Shown here one piece after another: positions 1 through 11,813 of a stretch of 20,000 nt of DNA. The stretch is from Seison nebaliae (Eukaryota): NCBI GenBank assembly GCA_023231475.1, contig JALJEE010002175.1, forward strand, positions 122,986 through 142,985, given 5' to 3'. The first letter of the stretch is position 1. Each line of letters opens with the position of its first letter. Made by a program: the position numbers and the translations under genes. Below the pieces are notes generated by a model. It saw only the letters and a list, made by a program, of their open reading frames with translations. It was not told the DNA's origin and searched no databases.

Positions 1-2763
1 AAGTAAAATACAGAAGAATTAGGTAAACGAGAATGTGGGAGTGACGGAAATCGTTTGCTCAATAACTGATAAATATGTGAGGTAGAAAAAAACATATAAT
101 TGAATTGAGACTAATAACAATAATTGAGTGTATGATGTTGAATAGGATACTTTGACTAGGAGAAGAGGAAAAGTTGGAAGAAATAGTAGTTTCATTTTCA
201 TGTTCCGATTTTCTCCGGAAGGAAAGTTTCGCGAATATTTTCATTCTCTATTACATGATACGATGATAAAATGATAATCTACCAAACTCTCCTTTTCCTC
301 CTCTCCATTCTTCTCGACGTTCTTATATCTAAACAGAACGGAATGAGATAAGAAAATAAATTTAATTTCTTCAAAAATATTGATTTCATTTAATCAGGTA
401 ACACCAGACACACGACCACCTCAAAGATGATAATGTTACATTTGATTTGTTTTCAACGAGACAATAGGAGGGAGAGAAGGCACCCGATGGTGAAACATAA
501 AATCGAAATACATTTCAATCGATATATCGTCCCCATGTTTTCCTTACCGACGACGACGATGACGACGACAACCATAATTAGAACAAAAATAAAAGACAAG
601 AATGGAATGCGGAACTTGAAACAAGAAGATGAGAGGCAAATTACACATTTTCCTTAGTTTTAATGACGATGTAATTTTGATCTGAATTAAATGAAAAACA
701 TAAAACTTAAAAAAACTTCCTCCACTCTCACGGATGGCCGTACTCTGTGTTATATCGAAAATTAGTAAAATAAATTTTTGAAAAAATAATATCTACTTTT
801 ATTGGAGATAAATGATTGAAATAGATGTTTGATAATCGTCTAATTCTACATCATCGATGAAATGGAAATAATCGGGTAGTCGATTATTTTGGAAATATAA
901 CGGTTGAATCGAATTGATAGTGAAAGGTGTTGAAATATTTTCCTTTTATTTTTCAGAAACTACCTTGAACTCCAAATACATTTCTGTGCATGGAATTCCA
1001 ACAAGTGCTTATATTGATACCAGTTACCATAGAAACGGAGTCCGCTACTCATGATTAATTTTCAATCATTTAATTGGATGGAGTTCAATGGAATGTGTTT
1101 AGATGAAATAATGAGAAACGATCGACATTCATTTTGACAATTGTGAAATTTATATTATTATGATTCCGATCATAATCGAAGGGTTCTTAGGGAGAAGGAC
1201 TCCCTCACTTTCCCTCACCGAATTTTCTACTTCACTTCATGCAAATAATTCTTTCAATTAATCGGAAAACAACTCGATGAATGAAAGAATCATATGATTC
1301 TCCATACAATGAGACAAATGCATCAGAAGATCAAAGAGGTGTGGGGAAATTATCAACACTGAAATTTAGGTCATATGTTGGGAGAGAGGGGAGGGGCGAG
1401 AGAGGAAAAACTTAAATTAAATGGTATTGATTCGATTGATAACGTTTGTCAATAGGATAACAACAAATTTTGAGTATATCATTGACACAGTTCGAATGTT
1501 CATCATCTCGTCAGATTTGACTAACGTAAGAATTTTTTTTCTTTATTCATTCGAATGTTCAATATTCTAATAGATGATATGATGATATTGAAGAAAAACT
1601 TTTGAATTTCTCTGAGAACGGACAAGAAAATATTTTCGAAGATAAATTTCTTCCATGAACAGAAGATCCTAAAGATAGTTAAATATGTACTGGTAATGGA
1701 ATGTATTTTAACAATCAAATTAACCAAAAGAAAATGGAGAAGGTTAGTGAAATAGAAGATGATGGAAATACGAATCGTTTGGTGTTGAGACGTTCCGAAT
1801 AAGAAGATCGATTACATAACAAACAGCTAAAGCCGAATGGATGAAGATATCGGAAAGATTTTCCTTCAATTACATCTTCTCAAGGAATGAATGAATATGT
1901 TATCCGGAAAATTTATTCCCTTTTATTCTCGTTTTCCTCACTTCGAATTCTTCATTCTTTCATTTCAAATCGGTTTGGATATGAGACGATTTTGTTCGAA
2001 TGTTCATAAATAAAAATATTCTGTCACAAATAATTCTTATCTTGTCAAATTCCTTATGATTGTGCGAACAATTTACGTCTAGCGATAAGTGAGAAATCGT
2101 GATGAAGATGAATCATATTGAATGGGGGGAAAAGAATTCCGATAAACTTCTCTCCAACTTTTCTGGAGCAATCAACTATTCGTTATCGGGTGGTGTGATG
2201 AGCAGAAATTATTAATAATATCTTCCGATTAATATCGGAAATGATAAGAAACACTTCCGCTCCCTCCGACAAATACACGTTAAGTCAATATTGAACTTGG
2301 AGTATTTGTAGATGGGCAAATGGTTTTGCTCCATCTTTCTAACATATCTCTTCTCCGCTCAGAATGGTTGGAGGAAATGTACAGGAAATGTTTGTTAATC
2401 ACATTGAAAACAAACATATTTACACCAACTGATCGCCTTGTTCCTTTTTTGGGGAAAGACTTCCGAATTATTCTCCTAAATTGATCTTCTAAATTTTCTT
2501 CTTCTTCTACTCATTTATTGGAGATGTTTTTGAAAGATAAATAAATATCAATTTCAATCAATGATGAATTATAATTATAAATAAATTATCTTTCTTCCAG
2601 AAAAGAAAAGAAGTTGATGGAAAACATTTCAGTCTAAAATGATGATGGAAATGATGAAAATGAGAGTTCGTTGAAGAGAAAGAGAATGATGAAAAGAATT
2701 GATAATTAAAAAGGTCTTTCTTATCTAATCAAGTTCATGGGAGAAGGTGATAAAAAGGCAAAC

Positions 2764-3810
2764 TTGTAATTCGACCAAATCCTCATGAAGAACAGCATGA
2801 ATCATCTGACGTCTTGCACGACGATAGAGTGCGTTCTTCTTGTTTGATTGCATTCCCTTCAAGGAAGTAATGACAGTTGCTGCATCATCTGATTGTAAGG
2901 AATTGTTGGAAATGTCAAAGACGTCATTGTCGCCGTTCGAACGGTTGGTATGGTGACGTCCAGAATTCTTCTTCCCACCAATCCCACCATTCATGGCAGA
3001 TAGGGAAGAATTCTCATAATTATTAGAGATTGAGGTAGCGGATGTGTTAGTAGTTGTAGAAAGTGTCGTAATTGGAATTTCGCTCGCAATAAATTTGGAG
3101 AAAGAAAGGGAAGAAGTGGAGGAGTCGTCGGGTCGATGAGAAGTGGGAGAATTCTTGATAATATTTCCTTTAAAATTTATGTTGTTTTTAGTATTTGGAA
3201 TAATCTTTCTATTTTCCTTCGATTTGCTTAACGACTCGAAAAGACTATTCGATTCACATGAAGCCGGATATGTATTATCGGAAAGAAGAGCTTTACTTGA
3301 AACATTTGTAACGGAATCATCATCATCATCGTCATGTTGGTCGCCATGAAAATAATTCCTTATTCCATTTGACGTTAAAGTAGAATTTGTGTTTATCGAA
3401 TTTTCTTTTCTTCTTCCGTCGTTATCATCCTCATTCGTCTCCTGCACTTGAAATGAGTTTGTATCAGAAATTAAATTCGAATAAGTATTTCTACTCCCAT
3501 TCTCTTCTTTCTCCCAAACCACTTCCTTCTCCATTCCAATTCTGTCTTTTAATTTCTTCCGATTATTTTTCGACGAGAGACCGTTCTTCACTCGATGATT
3601 AAGTGCACAATCTATGTTAATTATTTCGTTGACAGTTAATCGATCGTGATCGCCATCGTTCTTGTCTTTTGCAAACCAAATGTTGGAAATGTCTTCTGAT
3701 GTGGGGATAATTGATGGGGAGTCGGTCTGTGAAGTAAATGATACTTTACTGGAAAAATTACTTCCGTCTAACGACAACATATCATCGACAATTGACACTG
3801 TTTCACTCAT
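2764..3810 (-). CDS. Large coding exon of an unidentified gene. Ser/Asn/Asp-rich, probably disordered N-terminus ending in a possible ankyrin-like helix. 3' exons not resolved.
   Basis: 368-codon stop-free frame (2725-3831) in AT-rich DNA. First ATG at 3810 (MSETVS). AG acceptor at 3845-3844 with a possible 5'UTR intron 3844-3906. The frame reads ...RRARRQMIHAVLHEDLVELQ and then a phase-0 donor gtttgc at 2763. Confidence 0.6.
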
Positions 3811-4887
3811 CGATTCATATCGGGAAGACAATTTAAAATAATTCTATGAAAAAGAAATAATGGAATGAAATTAGGTCGATATGAAACGATTGATAGATCG
3901 ATTAACTGCTGTTTTCTATTTACCATCATCAAATCAAACCACAACAGACACAACTGAACCACATAAAATTGGAAGTTTTTCAATAAAAAAAGCTGTCGTT
4001 CAATTTCTGCACCAAATTATTCTTTCATAAAAATATAACAATAAAGTCAACTTCAAATTTCAGTAGGAACTTCTTAGGACAATTAAAAAACTAGGACAAT
4101 CGAATAAGACAATTAACAGAATAAACAATCTATCAACGTCCAAATTCTTCTTCCTTGATATTTTTTGGTTCCTTCAAAAAAAAAGGAAATCATCCTCGAT
4201 TTGTAGATGACAAAAAATTTTTTTTGAAACATAATAAATCAGTTTAGGGCAATGTTGAACAGAGAGAGATAGATCAGATTACGTTTTTATCGTTCTACTT
4301 CCATTTTGTCACTTTGATACTTTATATACGAAATTTCGAAATTGACGAATTTGTCAAAGTCAAATATGGACCAGTGGTCAATGTCAATGCAAAGGAAAAG
4401 TTTCATTATTCTAACAAGTCAATATAATCAAATTTAATTAATAAATATTTGGTTCTAAAAGGAAATCTGATTATTGTCAATAAGTTATGGAAATTTTACA
4501 TGGAAAATGGTTTTGAGAAGATTTTATGGGAAAACATTAGAAAAAATGTTTGTGTAATTTTCCTGAGAATTGATGAAGAGAAGAAAGAAATAAAAGTTCC
4601 AAACTACAAAATGCCAGCAGCAACAATAAATTCGAGTTATGATAAAAGATTGACATAAATACCACATCGGATGGAGAATATTTTGTGGTGAAGAGAGAAT
4701 TATTCGTTTGAATGTCATTTATATAATTAGTAGCAGTGGCAGATAACTAATCGAGGAGGACTAACTAATCAGAAAAAGGAGAATCATGATAATCTAAACG
4801 ACGTGATAATTGGAGAAAATAACCATTTGCGTGACAAACATATTTCTGATAGAGTAGGTAAAAAGGAGGAGAATTTAATTTAGTGCA

Positions 4888-4900
4888 GTTGCTAAGCAAC
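4888..4900. promoter_or_regulatory. Candidate RFX X-box (GTTGCT-A-AGCAAC palindrome)
   Basis: Perfect 6+1+6 palindrome resembling the RFX consensus GTNRC(N)-RGYAAC, about 1.1 kb upstream of the ATG at 3810. Confidence 0.4.
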
Positions 4901-5859
4901 CAGGGGGAAAATATTCGCCTTCGATTTTCTGTTCAAAATGAAATTAACGTCATGTAATCTTAACCCAAATAAATGATGAATTCTGTCAAAGGAAAAAGTA
5001 AGTACTTCTAAATGAGAATGTTGGAGCAAAAGGAAAACGATCAGGAATTGATTAGGGAAGATTAGAATTGAAGTTTAAGGAATTGATTGTTATAAATGAT
5101 CGTGAATGTTTTGGATGTTGGCGGATGAGATGGACTTATTCATGTTGATGAATAAAAATAGTGATGATGAGAGTGGAAGGAGATCCATACCATCATCACA
5201 ATCCAAGAGATCGACTGAAATACATGAAATGTTAGAATTCTCCCCTCGTATATGAACAATTGAATCTATACGGAAATATGATCCTATTCAAAATAATATT
5301 AAGAAGAATATGATAGTTTGAATAATGAGTAGAAGTATTTTGCGGTTCGATTGAGATGACTAATATCCATATTCTCATAATGATATTACTTTCCAAAAGC
5401 ACCAGTATCATCATCGTAAAGTGACGTGAATTATTATGATGAAAATTGAACCGAATGATCTTTCTTTTATAGTCTATTAATTTCTATTGTCATCAATCCT
5501 CCTCCCACAAAGATGTATCGAGTGGTCAATTGAAATTTTATTTGTTCGATGAAAAGGTTATTAGAGCATCAGGCGAACTGAACAATAGCAGGATGGCAGG
5601 AACATCTGGACGAAATTTGAATTTTAGATGATATCGAGCACGATAGAAAAGAAAGATTTGTTATGAAGTGAAAGAAAATTGAAAATGATTAACAGAAATT
5701 ATTTTCTGATTACTCATCCGCGACAAAAGAAGGAAATTATTGTGAGAACGAATCTATCATGGGGAATGTATCATTCTTCCATTCATACAGATCATCATCA
5801 AAACCAGGAACTGAAAGTTTTGTTCGAAATTAACCGTAAAAGAAGAAATGATTCGGTGA

Positions 5860-5885
5860 GAAAGAAAGAAAGAAAGAAAGAAAGA
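5860..5885. repeat. (GAAA)n microsatellite
   Basis: gaaagaaagaaagaaagaaagaaaga read directly. Confidence 0.85.
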
Positions 5886-6383
5886 AGGAGTGAGAGACAA
5901 AATAAATACATTTTCTTTCCATTGATCCATTGTTAGAGAATTGAACTGGTATAGAAAATGAGTGAATACTACGCGATTAACTTCATTTACTGTTCATTTA
6001 CAGATGGTGATGATGATGAGGATGGAAGTTAATGAATAATATTCTATTCACTTCACAAACAATCAGACACTGTTAGATAATTGATGAGACAATACACAAT
6101 CAGAATTTATTTAACATTCCTCACCATCAATTCTTGTCAATATTCTCAGATGTCTGTCTATTCATCGAAATAGTAAATGGATGAACACGTCAGAAGATGA
6201 CTTTCAATGGTTTCTCTCACAGAACGTTGTTAGGATTAAATTTTTCGAGGAAAATCTTATTTATTTTGAACTGATCGAAGCGTCATCTTTGATCTTTCTG
6301 TCAACAAGATTGCTTGAAAACAATCAGCTATTTCCCTTAATAATTGTGACTCAAACCGTCTTCTGATTTCACATATATTGGAA

Positions 6384-6403
6384 GAGAGAGAGAGAGAGAG
6401 AGA
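6384..6403. repeat. (GA)n microsatellite
   Basis: About 10 GA units read directly. Confidence 0.9.
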
Positions 6404-6514
6404 ATGCGATAAAATTCTTGCTAATAAAAAGTTTCTTCTCATAATTATATTGATCAATATGGAATTGATATCTATTTCGATTTCTTATTTATTTTGTAAT
6501 TAGAAGTCTAATTT

Positions 6515-6551
6515 CCATCACCACCACCATCATCACCATCAACAACAACAA
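6515..6551. repeat. Compound (CAC/CAT/CAA)n trinucleotide repeat
   Basis: catcaccaccaccatcatcaccatcaacaacaacaa read directly. Confidence 0.75.
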
Positions 6552-6985
6552 TTACGATGATCATTCCCAAAAGATTTTTCTATCATGTCTTTAGTTTCAT
6601 TAAATTCTTCTTGTACTCCTAAATAGTAATAGTAGTCACTTTTTACACAAAACTACACATTTCCACACATCTCTAGACAAATTCCACACAAACAACACAA
6701 TTTCATTTATAACCATGCTAATACATCAACAATTCCTTCTCTACATACAGAAAAAATGGTCGTCGTTGAGGGACATGTACCAAAGAACCTTTACTGACTA
6801 ACATTTACATTCTCTGCTCAATTTTCAATTCCATTCTCTATCCTCTTCCAGTTCCCATGAAGAATTAATTCTCCGTTTATTATCCGAGAAACGAACCGAA
6901 AAAATTATCTACTATTAAAACAAAATTAATTTTTATTCATCTTTCAAGTCGTTTATAATAGAAAAATGTGGTTCTCTTCCAATTC

Positions 6986-8070
6986 TCATTTCACTTGTAA
7001 CATCGATCGAGCGATGAATTCGTCGATATTCTCCAAATCCCAGAAATATTCACGAAGTGTCAATGCTTCTCGTTCATTCTAATTAGAAATTTGAAATTCG
7101 AATATTCCTCAAATGTTACAAACTCAACAAACTTTAAACAATTGAACAAGATCTTGTTGTTGTAATGAGGCGGCCGCCCCTGACATTTGTTCTTGCATCA
7201 TTCTTGATTGATCTGCCGCCGCTATAAATAAATTAATTGCTTCTTCAATAATTCCAAGAGTCTAACCATTATTCTCGCCTAAAATTAAACTGAAAATACT
7301 TCGTAGACCAAACACATTAATGAAATACCACGACAATGAACTTACCCTAAAAATTTGAAAATGATAAATTTCTCTCAAAAACAGAAAAATTAACCAAGAA
7401 GCATCTAATGATACTAATTCAACTCCGCGTTGTAACATCGGTTTAAAACGGAAAGTTAACGGAAATGGAACTTTCGCTAAAAATAAATTTCGGAAGTTAA
7501 TTTAACATGTCTTCTGTTTACTAACTGCAGAGAAATCCGGAAAACATCCAATTAATCCATCCGCCGATAATGATCGTGGGAATTGTATGGAAGAGACTTC
7601 CCTTCATCATATCCGCCATCTGATTTGGATCTGATGGAAAATTATTGTAAAAATCAAATTCGAAAAATTTCAACTTTGCAACATTTTCTTCTGATTGGAA
7701 GATGATGGTTCCAATAATAAACCGTCATCATTATTCAATAATCGATGACGACGAATTAGATAAGCCTAAAAATATTTATTAGAGAGATTAGAAATAAATT
7801 AGGGGGAAAGAACTTCTTTTGGAATGAAGATTCCATTCTCTCGTAAAACCTTACTCTTAAGAAGTAATTGACTATACAAAGAAAATTCAGATTATTTTTA
7901 ATTGATGATTAACGGAGGAACCTGTCGGCTATTTGATTCAGTTCAACTTTTCGATCAGAAACAAAATATAAAGTTAAATAGTGTCGAATAATTCCCACCA
8001 GCAGACTAATAACGGCGATAGGAAGAAATACCCAAATTCGAATATCGGAATCTAACAAAATTTCCGACAT
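6986..8070 (-). CDS. EMC3: ER membrane protein complex subunit 3 (TMEM111), 248 aa, 8 exons
   Basis: Exons 8070-7922, 7871-7814, 7765-7675, 7630-7526, 7476-7395, 7346-7267, 7221-7133 and 7078-6986 total 747 nt in frame. They read [17 protein letters not shown]...VLRENG...MADMMKG...[12 protein letters not shown]...[17 protein letters not shown]...[28 protein letters not shown]...[12 protein letters not shown], which are hallmark EMC3 motifs. Introns are 44-54 bp, all GTT...AG. Confidence 0.97.
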
Positions 8071-8209
8071 TATTAAAATATTAAATCCAATTTTCAAAAC
8101 TTCATTTTTAAATTAAAATTTAAAGTTATTCTTCCTCTTTCAAATTTAAATTTATTATTCCTATAATTTCAGCTCATTATGGAAATTATTGATCATTATA
8201 ATGTCTATA

Positions 8210-8244
8210 AACCAATTATCAACCAATTATCGATACTATCGATA
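8210..8244. promoter_or_regulatory. Candidate EMC3 promoter cluster: tandem AACCAATTATC (CCAAT) x2 overlapping TATCGATA (DRE-like) x2
   Basis: aaccaattatc at 8210-8220 and 8221-8231. tatcgata at 8228-8235 and 8237-8244. The cluster lies 140-175 bp upstream of the EMC3 ATG. Confidence 0.35.
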
Positions 8245-9313
8245 TTTGTCCTAATATGAAATAATTAAACTAAAATAATGAAAATTCAATTCTTTCTTTA
8301 ATCTAATAAGTTTTGCCTTTTTACATCAATGGATTTTAGAAGATTTAAGATGAAAAAATTTAATAGATGCTTCATCAAAAAAAACGACTTTGATTATTAG
8401 AAAGTTAGAAGGAAATCAAAAAACAATGCTGACTGTGAGAATTAAGATAGGAAAAATAATTAGAAAATTAATTATTTGAAGAACGCATCACCAAGTTGTT
8501 ATTTTCATGAATCTGGACGGCTCTCTTTAGAAGAGCAAAAATATTATTGTTTTGAGGAAATGTTATTAATTTAGAGTTTGTTTATTTATCACTCGTATGA
8601 TCCAAATTCATGAAATAATTCATAACATTCCGTATTTTAACATCCTTCAGGTTGGGGTTGGAGCCAAAATTTTAAGTTGAAAGAAATAAGAAAATGAGAA
8701 TATTTGATGAGTTGTGAAGGATATGAGACATAAGCTATTCCAATAACAATTACCGATAGTGAAAATATTGGGAATGATAACTTTTCTGAGAATAATGTAC
8801 AGAATAATTATGGAATCCTTATGGAAATGATATAATTAGTGGATGTGTTATTCATCCCAGCACACTCCCCCAACTACCGAATATTTGAAAACTTCTCAAC
8901 AATTAATAGTATCAATCAATCAACTGACAAATTGGAAGTGAAGACGGGGGAACTGGCCATTCTATCATTAGATATTTCCATCGAGTAATTTCATTAATTC
9001 TCTTAAATTAAACAATCTCTCATAAACATTTTGTTACTTTGGACTTGTGTAAGTGTAGAGAGGAGAGAAGTTTCTTCTACATCTTCTTCACATCTTCGCT
9101 TCATAAGACTAACGACGTCCATCGCTTCATTCTGTCAATCGACTCGACTTAATTATGAATTATATAATTTCAGGCGAGTAAGTAGTTGATGTATATGTTC
9201 CTCTTACTACAACGAATATCAAACAATCTTTCGTCCTCATCTATTGGTAAACAGCAACACACTTGAACAAATCAAGTTCCTATGAACATTTGGAAACATC
9301 TCCATTCGTCAAC

Positions 9314-10844
9314 ATGAGTGGAAGTATTCAATTGAAACAGTCACTCGGTCTCATGTCCAGCGTGAGTATCGTCGTCGGAATAGTTATCGGTTCTGGAATT
9401 TTCGTCTCACCCAAAGGTGTCCTCCAATATACGGGCAGTGTTGGCGCTTCGTTGCTTGTGTGGTTGGCATGCGGTGTAATAACCACCATAGGCGCACTAT
9501 GTTACGCCGAACTAGGTACAATTTTCACCGAAGGCGGTGGCGACTACATTTATATCAAACGAACAATTGGAGAACTTCCTGCTTTCCTTTTTATTTGGAT
9601 GATGGTTGTCGCGATCGTACCGGCGGCTAATGCAATCACAGCGATCACTTGTGCAATTTATATATTGAAACCGTTTTTCGGTCATTTATGCGATCCCGAT
9701 ATTCTGGCCGTGAGAGCGGTAGCAGCGCTTTGTATCCTAACTGTGGTGGCATTAAATTCGCGAAGTGTTAAATTGTCGGCGCATTTAACCACCTTTTTCA
9801 CTGCGGGGAAAGTGTTGGCCATTTCCGTTATCGTGGTGGTGGGATTTGTGGTCCTTTATCTTCATTATGATCAATTACAAGTATTCGATGAACCATTCAA
9901 AGGTACGAACACTCATGTTGGTCGCTTCGTACTGAGTTTCTACAGTGGACTCTTTACGTACAGCGGATTCAATTTCCTTAATTTACTTATCGAAGAAATG
10001 AAAGATCCGTACAAGTTAGCTTTGATTATTTGGCTACTTTTTAAAATTTGTTTCATTCAGAAATTTACCACGTACCATCATGATTGGTATGCCATTAGTG
10101 ACAATCGTTTATCTTTTGACGAATTTGGCTTATTTCGTCGTTTTATCAAAAGAAGAAATTCTTCATAGTCCGGCAGTTGCCCTAATGTTCGCCGATTATA
10201 AATTACAACCAGTTCCATTTTTAATGAGTTACGCCGTCGCCATTTCGGCATTTGGTTCATTGAACGGATCAATATTGACATCGTCTCGGTTATTCTTTGT
10301 GGCTGCGAGAGATGGATTGATGCCGAAAGCTTTATCATTTGTCAATGTGAATTACCATACGCCGATAATTTCAGTTTTATTTGAAGGCGTCATTACTATT
10401 ATTATGTTGTTCGTTGGCGATCTGTATCTACTGATTAATTATTGCATTTTCGCTGAATATCTTTTCATTGGTCTATCTATCATCGCTTTACTTGTAACGC
10501 GCTACAGATCACCAAATGATGATCGACCAATTCGAATCTGGATCGGCCTACCAATCTTATTTCTTATAACTTGTACATTCATTGTCATCACGTCAGTAAT
10601 CGAATCGCCGAGAGATTGTGGTATGGGTCTACTCATTATGTTGGCGGGTATTCCCATCTACATTTTAATGAGAATCGTCCAAAAATCGAAATATCAAAAG
10701 AAATACGATCATGTTGCCACCGTTGTCGATCAAGTCATCCAAAAAACTTTCCTTACAGTTTATGACGAGCAGGAATGTCTCGCTATTAGTCCACATCCAT
10801 CAATGCTCTCCATTCGTCATTGGACTCACCATCATGAAACTTGA
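9314..10844 (+). CDS. SLC7 L-type/y+L amino acid transporter light subunit (LAT family), about 494 aa, 2 exons
   Basis: Exons 9314-10014 and 10061-10844 (1485 nt) are joined by a 46-bp intron gttagc...ttcag, giving EEMKDPYK/NLPRTIMIGMP. Motifs include IGSGIFVSPKGVL, GALCYAELGT, YSGLFTYSGFNFLN and SLNGSILTSSRLFFVAARDG, plus the extracellular Cys (KPFFGHLCDP) used to link the heavy chain. The start could extend slightly upstream if there is another exon. Confidence 0.93.
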
Positions 10845-11329
10845 AACTATTTTTATAATTATCGATAAATAATCAATTCCACTTATTCACCTTTCAAATA
10901 TCGTTACCCGATAATTCAGTTTATCACATCTTTTTCAATTTTTAACCTCTATTCCATCTGTAAATAAAATAAACAACGTTAATATATTCAATCTGACCTC
11001 ATAATTCTTTTCCTTTTCAAAAAATTCTGAAATGTGAAGAAGTCTCGACAAGTCGATGAGAAATATTAGTAGGAAAATTGAAGAATGGAAATGTCACAAG
11101 ATTGATCCTACTTAAAGTGACATATTTCAAGACATTTTTTCAATTTCAATTTTATTGTGGTTTAATTCATAGTTCCATAAACATTTTTTAGTTTGTCGGA
11201 AGTTTTTCGTTAGTTAATATCACTGAATTATATTTTGGAAAAGAGCAATTACATTAGACAATTACAAATGGGACAATTTTTGTTCGGTCAAGACATAACA
11301 ACGACTTATGAGTATTAGATAAGCAAACA

Positions 11330-11760
11330 GCAAGTCCATAAAAATCACAGGAATAAGTGACGAACAACTTAAGTTTCAATTGAATCGAAAAAAATTTACA
11401 GCGATGATAAAATGAGTAGAAGGTTATATATAGAAGGAATTTGAATCTAATTTCATCGGTTGTAGCAGAACTCTTCTTCTTGTTATCAATTTTAATTCCC
11501 AAAAAACAGACATTCTTCTGAACGTATTCGATCATTCTGCACGCTCACCAGATATAAATCCTGTAGAACTTGTAGGCAATCATTTTCAGAAGATTGTACA
11601 AAGAGGGACGATGTTATTCCGATGTTGAAGAAGTTTGGAATAGCTTAGAAAGAGAAATTAATGGGCCGAAATTCCTTCAGAAATATGTGAAATTTTAATT
11701 AACTCTATGAATCGTCCTTATTTATAAGTTGTAACACGAAAAAGAAAGTGGTCCGAATAA
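11330..11760 (+). mobile_element. Decayed, internally deleted Tc1/Tc3-like (IS630-Tc1-mariner) transposase remnant
   Basis: 11518-11600 reads LNVFDHSARSPDINPVELVGNHFQKIV, matching the WPxxSPDLNPIE third-catalytic-residue motif (SPDINPVE at 11545-11568). After frameshifts it continues YKEGRCYSDVEEVWNSLERE and EIPSEICEILINSMNRPYL*VVTRKRKWSE*, resembling the Tc3 C-terminus. The upstream KITGISDEQLKFQLNRKKFTA weakly resembles the HTH region. Boundaries are approximate. Confidence 0.8.
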
Positions 11761-11774
11761 TATAATTCTATAAA

Positions 11775-11777
<3 letters not shown>

Positions 11778-11811
<34 letters not shown>
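11778..11811. repeat. Poly(T) tract, 34 nt
   Basis: Read directly. Confidence 0.95.

Positions 11812-11813
<2 letters not shown>

Noticed and set aside
59..244. MKIFAKLSFRRKSEHENETT... as a possible alternative first exon
   Set aside because: The start looks protein-like, but there is no homology or verifiable downstream exon within the window.
4449..6457. Several 60-85 aa ORFs in the intergenic region
   Set aside because: Low-complexity AT-rich translations, some crossing microsatellites, with no recognisable motifs or consistent exon chain.
8360..8560. Possible second Tc1-like relic (VVIF..NLDG, QKYYC)
   Set aside because: The similarity is short, interrupted and lacks the FSDE catalytic motif. 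It cannot be supported without an HMM search.
10015..10168. Apparent frameshift or overlap between ORFs 9263-10168 and 10080-10844
   Set aside because: Resolved by the 46-bp intron 10015-10060. No programmed frameshift or pseudogene is needed.
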